A stretch of DNA of 32,000 bases, taken from contig NZ_CP065936.1 of assembly GCF_003367075.2 (NCBI RefSeq), positions 2,910,001 to 2,942,000 on the forward strand. Direction: 5' to 3'. The translations under genes were made by a program, and so were the position numbers. This DNA is from Cylindrospermopsis raciborskii Cr2010 (GTDB taxonomy: Bacteria; Cyanobacteriota; Cyanobacteriia; Cyanobacteriales; Nostocaceae). Shown one piece after another: positions 19,598-28,692 of this stretch; the stretch's first letter is position 1, and every line of letters starts with the position of its first letter. The notes under the pieces are model-generated. The model was not told where the DNA came from. It saw only the letters and a list, made by a program, of their open reading frames with translations, and searched no databases.

Positions 19598-21144
19598 ATG
19601 AACCCCAAAAATCTCCCGTTGGGAATCAACACCCTGAGTATGCTACGGGAAAACAATTGTGTCTATGTGGACAAAACCGAAATAGCTCACGGTCTGATCC
19701 GCATTCCTGGACGCTTCTTTCTATCTCGTCCCCGACGTTTCGGCAAAAGTCTGTTTATAGATACCCTCAAGGAGATTTTTGAAGGGAATCAGAAATTATT
19801 TGAGGGGCTTTATATCCATGACCAGTGGGACTGGAGTAGAAAATTCCCAGTGATTAAAATAGATTTTGCTGGTGGGGTATTAAAAAACCGACAAGAGCTG
19901 GATCTGCGCATACTGGATATTTTGCACGAAAACGCAGAGCATCTGGATGTTCATATAAGTCAACTGATATCCGGGAAAATTGGGAACTTTTTGATTCGTA
20001 GGCATGGCAAAATATGGACAACGTCGATGGTCAGTGGATGAATGACAACCCATCCTACGACAACATCGACAACCCATCTATTGCTGCTGAAATGAGAGAG
20101 GGACTCAAAAACCTATACTCCGTCCTCAAGCAACAGGATGCCAACATCCAGTTCGTCTTCATGACTGGAGTCACCAAATTCTCCAAAGTCAGCCTTTTTA
20201 GTGGTTTAAACCAACTCACGGACATCACCATTGATACCAGATACTCCTCCATCTGTGGTTACACGGAAACCGATCTGACCGAATCCTTCGGAGAACATCT
20301 TGTAGGAGCAGATCGAGAAGCAGTACGCTCCTGGTATAATGGTTATAACTGGACAGGTTCCGAGAGCGTTTACAACCCCTACGATATCCTCATGTTTATC
20401 GATAAGAGGAAGATATTTCGCAACTACTGGTTTGAGACAGGTAGTCCCAGTTTTCTAGTCAAGCTATTCCAAGCCAAGTGCTACTTCCTCCCCAACCTAG
20501 AGCATCTAGAGGTAACCGAGGAGATCCTAGAGTCCTTTGAAGTAGAACGGATAAACCCAGTTACCTTGTTATTTCAATCTGGGTATTTGACCATTGAGAG
20601 CACCTTTACCGCTATGGAACGTTACATGTTCCGACTGAAAATCCCCAACCGGGAGGTAAAAGTCGCCTTGGGAGATCAATTAGTCAACGCCTACACGGAC
20701 TTCGTTGAAGAGAAATTGGGTATTCAGAGACCCTTGTATGAAAACTTATTTCAAGGTGATGTTAATGGATTTATCGACACAGTAAGACGCCTATTTGCTT
20801 CTATACCTTGGCGTAACTTTACCAACAATGACCTGGCTAATTTTGAGGGCTACTACGCTTCTGTGCTATATGCTTTCTTGAGTTCCTTAAATGCGCGCAT
20901 CATTCCCGAAGATATCACCAACTATGGTCAAGCGGACATAACGGCCATCTTAGGTGATCATATTTACGTGATAGAAATCAAAGTAGTAGATGGGGAGAAT
21001 GTAAAAGAGAACCTAGCCCTAAAACAAATTCGGGAATGTAACTATGCGCAAAAGTATAGGGGAGAACCGGGGATAACCGTTCATGAAGTGGGGTTGGTTT
21101 TTAGTCGCAGCAAACGTAACCTCATCCAAGCAGATTGGGAATAA
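19598..21144 (+). pseudogene. AAA-ATPase_like + PD-(D/E)XK protein, copy 10, frame-disrupted (cassettes B-A-H2)
   Basis: ORF pieces 19598-20041 and 20014-21144. A dense indel patch lies at about 19945-20060, for example ggatgttcatat versus ggatgtgtcatat and aactttttgatt versus aactttgatt. Confidence 0.75.
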
Positions 21145-21215
21145 ATTAAGATAAACATAATCAGTCACGATAAAACCGACTTAGGCTTTGAGACAATTAA
21201 TTCCCTGTCTCCCCC

Positions 21216-21861
21216 ACGGACAGTCTCCAGGTAGGGGTTAATTCAACTAAATCACGGCTAATCCTTTGCAATCGCGTTTATATATATCCTGTGGGTTTGT
21301 TGGGTTTCGTTCCTCAACCCAACCTACGAAGCTCCCCCACGGACAGTCTCCAGATGTGGGTTAATTCAACTAAATCACGGGTAATCCTTTGCAATCGCGT
21401 TTATATATATCCTGTGGGTTTGTTGGGTTTCGTTCCTCAACCCAACCTACGAAGCTCCCCCACGGACAGTCTCCAGATGTGGGTTAATTCAACTAAATCA
21501 CGGGTAATCCTTTGCAATCGCGTTTATATATATCCTGTGGGTTTGTTGGGTTTCGTTCCTCAACCCAACCTACGAAGCTCTCCCACGGACAGTCTCCAGG
21601 TAGGGGTTAATTCAACTAAATCACGGGTAATCCTTTGCAATCGCGTTTATATATATCCTGTGGGTTTGTTGGGTTTCGTTCCTCAACCCAACCTACGAAG
21701 CTCTCCCACGGACAGTCTCCAGGTAGGGGTTAATTCAACTAAATCACGGGTAATCCTTTGCAATCGCGTTTATATATATCCTGTGGGTTTGTTGGGTTTC
21801 GTTCCTCAACCCAACCTACGAAGCTCCCCCACGGACAGTCTCCAGGTAGGGGTTAATTCAA
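21216..21861 (+). repeat. 123-bp tandem repeat block 8, 5 full units
   Basis: Phase marker at 21216 and 21831, a difference of 615 = 5 x 123. Confidence 0.97.
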
Positions 21862-21982
21862 ATAATTATAGTTAATCCCATAAGGAGTGCTTCGCAATCG
21901 CTTTTAATTTAAAATAAATTCACATAAATAACCCCGGTGATTGAATTAGAGATAAACTAGAGTTAGGATAATAAGCATTAGT

Positions 21983-23530
21983 ATGAACCCCAAAAATCTC
22001 CCGTTGGGAATCAACACCCTGAGTATGCTACGGGAAAACAATTGTGTCTATGTGGACAAAACCGAAATAGCTCACGGTCTGATACGCATTCCTGGACGCT
22101 TCTTTCTATCTCGTCCCCGACGTTTTGGCAAAAGTCTGTTTATAGATACCCTCAAGGAGATTTTTGAAGGGAATCAGAAATTATTTGAGGGGCTTTATAT
22201 CCATGACCAGTGGGACTGGAGTAGAAAATTCCCAGTGATTAAAATAGACTTTGCTGGTGGGGTATTAAAAAACCGACAAGAGCTGGATCTGCGCATACTG
22301 GATATTTTGCACGAAAACGCAGAGCATCTGGATGTGTCATATAAGTCAACTGATATACCGGGAAAATTGGGAACTTTGATTCGTAAGGCCATGGCAAAAT
22401 ATGGACAACGTGCGGTGGTGCTAGTGGATGAATATGACAAACCCATCCTAGACAACATCGACAACCCATCTATTGCTGCTGAAATGAGAGAGGGACTCAA
22501 AAACCTATACTCCGTCCTCAAGCAACAGGATGCCAACATCCAGTTCGTCTTCATGACTGGAGTCACCAAATTCTCCAAAGTCAGCCTTTTTAGCGGTTTA
22601 AACCAACTCACGGACATCACCATTGATACTAGATACTCCTCCATCTGTGGTTACACGGAAACTGACCTCACCGAATCCTTCGGAGAACATCTTGTAGGAG
22701 CAGATCGAGAAGCAGTACGCTCTTGGTATAATGGTTATAACTGGACAGGTTCCGAGAGCGTTTATAACCCCTACGATATCCTCATGTTTATCGATAGGCG
22801 AATTTTACACTACTGGTTTTGAAACCGGGAACCCGACGTTCCTGGTTAAATTATTTCAAGCCAACAGCTACTTCCTCCCTAACCTAGACATCTAGAGGTA
22901 ACTGAGGAGGATCTTAGAGTCCTTTGAAGTAGAACGGATAAACCCGTCACCTTGTTATTTCAATCTGGGTATTTGACCATTGATCATACCTTTATCCGTC
23001 GCCATCGCTCCATGTTTGCTCTAAAAATACCCAACATGGAAGTTCGTCTGACATTAAATGACCATTTTATCAACGCGTATACGGAAATAGTAAATGAAAA
23101 GAGTGCTATCCAAGATAGATTATATGAGTATATGTGTAGTGGAGATTTAGAATCAACAGTGAAAGCAGTAAAGCGTCTATTTGCAGGGATTCCCTGGCGG
23201 AACTTTACCAACAATGACCTGGCTAATTTCGAGGGCTACTACGCTTCTGTGCTATATGCTTTCCTGAGTTCCTTAAATGCGCGCATCATTCCCGAAGATA
23301 TCACCAACTATGGTCAAGCGGACATAACGGCCATCTTAGGTGATCATATTTACGTGATAGAAATCAAAGTAGTAGATGGGGAGAATGTAAAAGAGAACCT
23401 AGCCCTAAAACAAATTCGGGAATGTAACTATGCGCAAAAGTATAGAGGAGAACCGGGGAGAACCGTTCATGAAGTGGGGTTGGTTTTTAGTCGCAGCAAA
23501 CGTAACCTCATTCAAGCAGATTGGGAATAA
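21983..23530 (+). pseudogene. AAA-ATPase_like + PD-(D/E)XK protein, copy 11, frame-disrupted (cassettes B-A-H1)
   Basis: ORF pieces 21983-22822 and 22952-23530, with an indel patch at about 22795-22950. Confidence 0.75.
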
Positions 23531-23601
23531 ATTAAGATAAACATAATCAGTCACGATAAAACCGGCTTAGGCTTTGAGACAATTAATTCCCTGTCTCCCC
23601 C

Positions 23602-24611
23602 ACGGACAGTCTCCAGGTAGGGGTTAATTCAACTAAATCACGGGTAATCCTTTGCAATCGCGTTTATATATATCCTGTGGGTTTGTTGGGTTTCGTTCCT
23701 CAACCCAACCTACGAAGCTCCCCCACGGACAGTCTCCAGATGTGGGTTAATTCAACTAAATCACGGGTAATCCTTTGCAATCGCGTTTATATATATCCTG
23801 TGGGTTTGTTGGGTTTCGTTCCTCAACCCAACCTACGAAGCTCTCCCACGGACAGTCTCCAGGTAGGGGTTAATTCAACTAAATCACGGGTAATCCTTTG
23901 CAATCGCGTTTATATATATCCTGTGGGTTTGTTGGGTTTCGTTCCTCAACCCAACCTACGAAGCTCTCCCACGGACAGTCTCCAGGTAGGGGGTTAATAA
24001 ATCACGGGTAATCCTTTGCAATCGCGTTTATATATATCCTGTGGGTTTGTTGGGTTTCGTTCCTCAACCCAACCTACGAAGCTCTCCCACGGACAGTCTC
24101 CAGGTAGGGGTTAATTCAACTAAATCACGGGTAATCCTTTGCAATCGCGTTTATATATATCCTGTGGGTTTGTTGGGTTTCGTTCCTCAACCCAACCTAC
24201 GAAGCTCTCCCACGGACAGTCTCCAGGTAGGGGTTAATTCAACTAAATCACGGGTAATCCTTTGCAATCGCGTTTATATATATCCTGTGGGTTTGTTGGG
24301 TTTCGTTCCTCAACCCAACCTACGAAGCTCCCCCACGGACAGTCTCCAGATGTGGGTTAATTCAACTAAATCACGGGTAATCCTTTGCAATCGCGTTTAT
24401 ATATATCCTGTGGGTTTGTTGGGTTTCGTTCCTCAACCCAACCTACGAAGCTCTCCCACGAACAGTCTCCAGGTAGGGGTTAATTCAACTAAATCACGGG
24501 TAATCCTTTGCAATCGCGTTTATATATATCCTGTGGGTTTGTTGGGTTTCGTTCCTCAACCCAACCTACGAAGCTCTCCCACGGACAGTCTCCAGATGTG
24601 GGTTAATTCAA
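23602..24611 (+). repeat. 123-bp tandem repeat block 9, 8 units
   Basis: Phase marker at 23602 and 24581, a difference of 979 = 8 x 123 - 5. One unit has a small deletion at about 23990 ('tagggggttaataaatc'). Confidence 0.95.
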
Positions 24612-24732
24612 ACAATTATAGTTAATCCCATAAGGAGTGCTTCGCAATCACTTTTAATTTAAAATAAATTCACATAAATAACCCCGGTGATTGAATTAGA
24701 GATAAACTAGAGTTAGGATAATAAGCATTAGT

Positions 24733-26283
24733 ATGAACCCCAAAAATCTCCCGTTGGGAATCAACACCCTGAGTATGCTACGGGAAAACAATTGTGTCTA
24801 TGTGGACAAAACCGAAATAGCTCACCGTCTGATACGCATTCCTGGACGCTTCTTTCTATCTCGTCCTCGACGTTTCGGCAAAAGTTTGTTTATAGATACC
24901 CTCAAGGAGATTTTTGAGGGGAATCAAAAATTATTTGAGGGGCTTTATATCCATGATCAATGGGACTGGAGTAGAAAATTCCCAGTGATTAAAATAGACT
25001 TTGCTGGTGGGGTATTAAAAAACCGACAAGAACTGGATCTGCGCATACTGGATATTTTACACGACAATGCGGAGTATCTGGGTGTGTCCTACGAGTCAAT
25101 TGATATACCAGGAAAATTAGGAACTTTGATTCGTAAGGCCATGGCAAAATATGGAGAACGTGCGGTGGTGCTGGTGGATGAATACGATAAACCCATCCTA
25201 GACAACATCGACAACCCGCCTATTGCTGCTGAAATGAGAGAGGGACTCAAGAACCTATACTCGGTTCTCAAGCAACAGGATGCCAACATCCAGTTCATCT
25301 TCATGACTGGAGTCACCAAATTCTCCAAAGTCAGCCTTTTTAGCGGGTTAAATCAACTCACGGACATTACCATCAGTAGGGATTTTTCCACCATTTGTGG
25401 GTACACCCAGGAAGATTTGGAGCAAACCTTTGCCCAGCACTTGCAAGGGGTAGACTGGGATAAACTGCGCCTCTGGTATAATGGATACTCGTGGCGTGGC
25501 GATTCCGTTTATAACCCCTACGATATCTTACTGTTTATCCGTGAGGGAATGGAGTATGGCAACTACTGGTTTGAGACAGGAAACCCCACCTTCTTAATTA
25601 AGCTATTTCAGACCAACTGCTACTTCCTCCCCAAATTAGAGCATCTAGAAGTAACCGAAGAGATTTTAAAGTCCTTTGAAATAGAACGAATTAATCCAGT
25701 CACCCTGTTATTTCAATCTGGGTATTTGACCATTGAGAGCACCTTTACTGCTATGGAACGTTACATGTTCCGACTGAAAATTCCCAACCAGGAAGTGAAA
25801 GTCGCCTTGGGAGATCAATTAGTCAACGCCTACACTGACTTCGTTGAAGAGAAATTGGGTATTCAGAGACCCTTGTATGAAAACTTATTTCAAGGTGATG
25901 TTAGTAGATTTATAGACACAGTAAGAAGCCTGTTTGCTTCTATCCCTTGGCGTAATTTTACCAACAATAACCTGGCTAATTTCGAGGGCTACTACGCTTC
26001 TGTGCTATATGCTTTCCTGAGTTCCTTAAATGCGCGCATCATTCCCGAAGATATCACCAATTACGGTCAAGCGGACATAACAGCCATCTTGGGTAATCAT
26101 ATTTACGTGATAGAAATCAAAGTAGTAGATGGGGAGAACGTAAAAGAGAACCTAGCCCTAAAGCAAATACGGGAATGTAACTATGCACAAAAGTATAGAG
26201 GAGAACCAGGTAAAACCGTTCATGAAGTAGGCTTGGTTTTCAGTCGCAGCAAACGTAACCTCATCCAAGCAGATTGGGAATAA
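24733..26283 (+). CDS. AAA-ATPase_like + PD-(D/E)XK protein, copy 12, intact 516 aa (cassettes B-A-H3)
   Basis: Full-length ORF with the same motifs as copy 2. Confidence 0.9.
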   Translation: MNPKNLPLGINTLSMLRENNCVYVDKTEIAHRLIRIPGRFFLSRPRRFGKSLFIDTLKEIFEGNQKLFEGLYIHDQWDWSRKFPVIKIDFAGGVLKNRQELDLRILDILHDNAEYLGVSYESIDIPGKLGTLIRKAMAKYGERAVVLVDEYDKPILDNIDNPPIAAEMREGLKNLYSVLKQQDANIQFIFMTGVTKFSKVSLFSGLNQLTDITISRDFSTICGYTQEDLEQTFAQHLQGVDWDKLRLWYNGYSWRGDSVYNPYDILLFIREGMEYGNYWFETGNPTFLIKLFQTNCYFLPKLEHLEVTEEILKSFEIERINPVTLLFQSGYLTIESTFTAMERYMFRLKIPNQEVKVALGDQLVNAYTDFVEEKLGIQRPLYENLFQGDVSRFIDTVRSLFASIPWRNFTNNNLANFEGYYASVLYAFLSSLNARIIPEDITNYGQADITAILGNHIYVIEIKVVDGENVKENLALKQIRECNYAQKYRGEPGKTVHEVGLVFSRSKRNLIQADWE

Positions 26284-26364
26284 ATTAAGATAAATATAAT
26301 CACTCACGATAAAACCAGTCGGTTGAAAACCGAATTAGGCTTTGAGACAATTCATTCCCTGTCT
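26284..26364 (+). other. right boundary of the array: long-form linker, truncated, not followed by repeats
   Basis: attaagataaatataatcactcacgataaaacc[agtcggttgaaaacc]gaattaggctttgagacaattcattccctgtct. The bracketed 15 nt are missing from all internal linkers. Homology to the linker stops at 26364, inside the 'tgtctc' arm. Confidence 0.7.
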
Positions 26365-26455
26365 TCGCTTCCCAATCGCTCTCTTGATTTATAATAAATC
26401 TCAGAATAATGCTACCATTAAAAAATCTAAATTATTTAGTTGCGAAAGGTGAATA

Positions 26456-27067
26456 ATGTCCTTTAATAACTATAAAAGTATTGCAGATGTTTTAAATGAG
26501 TTTCCTCTGATATATCAAGAGGAAACTTTCATCAAAGAAAATGTCTCCGAAATTAGTCCTTACTTCATTGAGCGATTACAATTAATACTCAAAGAGGGAG
26601 TAGTATTTAATTCAGAATATGCTATCTGTGAAAATATTATTTCTCCAATTTTAGTAGAAATTTGGCTCAAATACAAAGATAAATTGTTACTTTGGAGTCA
26701 TCAGGCTTTAAATTATGATGAAAAGTTATCAGGAACGCCTGATTATATTATTGCTCAACGTTCTCCTAGAGGAAAAGTGATATTATATCAACCCTACTTA
26801 ATTTTAGTTGAAGCCAAAAAAGATAACTTTGATGAAGGCTGGGGACAATGTTTAGCTGAATTAATTGCAGCACAAAAACTAAACAATAATCAACAACATA
26901 AAATATTTGGTGTTGTTTCTAATGGTAAACTTTGGGAATTTGGACAATTACAGAACGATATTTTTACTAAAAATATCAAATATTATGTTTTAGAAAACTT
27001 ACTAGAATTAATGGGAGTAATTGATTTTATTTTTTCTGAAAGTGTTAATCAAGTATTAAGTAACTAG
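26456..27067 (+). CDS. hypothetical PD-(D/E)XK-like protein (203 aa), paralog 1 of 3
   Basis: ATG with GGTGA upstream. The motif ...CENIISPILVE...GTPDYIIAQ...(20 aa)...LILVEAKKDN...GQCLAELIAA fits the E / PD / (D/E)xK / Q nuclease core and resembles HsdR-N-terminal-type domains (from memory, not searched). Confidence 0.7.
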   Translation: MSFNNYKSIADVLNEFPLIYQEETFIKENVSEISPYFIERLQLILKEGVVFNSEYAICENIISPILVEIWLKYKDKLLLWSHQALNYDEKLSGTPDYIIAQRSPRGKVILYQPYLILVEAKKDNFDEGWGQCLAELIAAQKLNNNQQHKIFGVVSNGKLWEFGQLQNDIFTKNIKYYVLENLLELMGVIDFIFSESVNQVLSN

Positions 27068-27139
27068 CAAAACAAGGAATTAATTTGTAAGTACGGATAG
27101 TGGGTTTTCTCAACCCCTCTTATTTTTGAGGTATACACA

Positions 27140-27565
27140 ATGCGAATTGTCGATTATGAGGCGGACTTTTATGCTTGGGCTAACCAGCAGGCAGAACTTC
27201 TGCGACAACAGCAAGGAAATCATTTAGACTGGATGAATCTCGCTGAAGAAATCGAAGCAATGGGTCGTTCAGAAAAACGTCAGCTTGCCAGTCGCTTAGA
27301 GGTGCTCATCATGCATCTGCTAAAGTGGCAATATCAGCCCAATTTCAGATCTCGAAGTTGCCAGTTAACTATCCAAGAACAGCGCCTACGACTAGGCAAG
27401 CTTTTACAAGAAAACCCCAGTTTAAAACCCATGGTGGCGGAGATTATTTTGTCAGCCTATCCTTTAGCAGTAATAAGTGCCGAGAGAGAAACGGGCCTGT
27501 CTAACTATCCTGAAGATTGCCCCTACAGTCCAGAACAATTGCTCAGTGATCTATTTTTACCATAG
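27140..27565 (+). CDS. DUF29 domain-containing protein (141 aa)
   Basis: The sequence DYEADFYAWANQQAELLRQ...LDWMNLAEEIEAMGRSEKRQLASRLEVLIMHLLKWQYQP matches the characteristic DUF29 pattern common in cyanobacteria. Confidence 0.85.
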   Translation: MRIVDYEADFYAWANQQAELLRQQQGNHLDWMNLAEEIEAMGRSEKRQLASRLEVLIMHLLKWQYQPNFRSRSCQLTIQEQRLRLGKLLQENPSLKPMVAEIILSAYPLAVISAERETGLSNYPEDCPYSPEQLLSDLFLP

Positions 27566-27718
27566 GTTAACCGATTTCCTCTAGATTTTTCTCACAGTAT
27601 TCTGATTTAATAAAAATGCGTGAACATTATCCTCGCTAGGATGTTACAATTTCCTTAGAAGAGACAAGCAGATAATTGAATCTTGGTAACGGCGATTAAA
27701 TACAGGAGATGTTTAATA

Positions 27719-27975
27719 ATGTATCAAAGTGATGTGTATAGCAAACCCAGCTATGAGCCCTTACCTCCTCAAGAAACATTACCAACAATGTATGAGCTAC
27801 CTAGCGAATATCCGGAGGAACCAGGCTTGCCAGACGAATTTCACCTTTTACAACCAGAATTATTGCGTAGCACCTTTTGTCCACATTCTTATCCAAAAGA
27901 TAATGTATTCATAGGTAGTGAATTAAATTTATACTATGACAGTAAGCATACACAATGGTATAAACGCCCTTGGTT
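27719..27975 (+). pseudogene. Uma2-family (DUF820) endonuclease, 5' fragment only
   Basis: 27660-27975 is near-identical to 30786-31100, the promoter region plus the first ~85 codons of the intact gene at 30845. Homology ends after ...HTQWYKRP, and the ORF runs into unrelated sequence up to the stop at 28030. The TTG start at 27683 in the ORF track is probably not the real start. Confidence 0.75.
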
Positions 27976-28064
27976 ATATTTAACCCTAGCACAGATTAAG
28001 CAGCAAGACTTCAGTGTTAGGCTAATGTGAGGGCTATTTCATTCTAAAAAAAGGGTTATAAAAA

Positions 28065-28676
28065 ATGGCTTATAGTGACTTTACTCTAGAAAGAATCACA
28101 AAAATATTTGGCATTAACATTGAAGAAAGAACAAATGTTTTTACGGCCTTTGACCAGTTAAGAGTTGATGATTTTTTTATCAAATACTTACAAAATAATA
28201 TTCCCTTAGCGCAAGCAATTGGTACAGAAAAAGCTAAATCAGAAATGATTATTGCGCCCGTTTTGATTGAAGTAAGAAGATTATTAAATAATAAAATTAG
28301 TTTATTTTCAGGAATTGATTTTAATGTTAATATTGAGCAGGGTTTAAATGGATTTTGTGATTTTTTAATTGGGTTATCATCTCAACAGTTATATGTAACA
28401 GCTCCTGTGATTGCTTTGGTGGAAGCGAAAAATGATAATCTTAAACAAGGATTCGCTCAATGTATTGCGGAAATGATTGCTGCTGCCCAATTAAATCAAT
28501 CGGAGGGAAATAATGTGGAAAATATTTATGGTTGTGTTACCAATGGTAATCAGTGGGTGTTCTTGCAATTAACTGGTAATCTAGTAGTAGTTGATTTAGA
28601 TGAGTACTATATAAATCAACCAGAAAAAATTATTAGTGTATTTGTGAGTCTAATTAAGTCAGAGAAAGATTTTTGA
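28065..28676 (+). CDS. hypothetical PD-(D/E)XK-like protein (203 aa), paralog 2 of 3
   Basis: The sequence SEMIIAPVLIE...GFCDFLIG...ALVEAKNDNLKQGFAQCIAEMIAA is alignable along its full length with the protein at 28693 and more distantly with the one at 26456. Confidence 0.75.
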   Translation: MAYSDFTLERITKIFGINIEERTNVFTAFDQLRVDDFFIKYLQNNIPLAQAIGTEKAKSEMIIAPVLIEVRRLLNNKISLFSGIDFNVNIEQGLNGFCDFLIGLSSQQLYVTAPVIALVEAKNDNLKQGFAQCIAEMIAAAQLNQSEGNNVENIYGCVTNGNQWVFLQLTGNLVVVDLDEYYINQPEKIISVFVSLIKSEKDF

Positions 28677-28692
28677 TTGTGGAATTTTACTT

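Noticed and set aside
1352-26283. Diversity-generating retroelement or invertase shufflon as the source of cassette variation
   Set aside because: No reverse transcriptase or invertase is present. The differences between cassette alleles are not adenine-specific. All copies are co-oriented and no inverted recombination sites flank the cassettes. Homologous exchange or gene conversion is the simpler explanation.
27729-27914. 61-aa alternate-frame ORFs inside the Uma2 5' regions (27729-27914 and 30855-31040)
   Set aside because: They overlap the recognisable Uma2 reading frame and are duplicated only because the DNA segment is duplicated.
27683-28030. 115-aa ORF as an intact small gene
   Set aside because: Its first ~97 codons duplicate the N-terminus of the Uma2 gene at 30809/30845, and the remainder is unrelated read-through. 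It lacks the catalytic C-terminal two-thirds, so I call it a truncated fragment.
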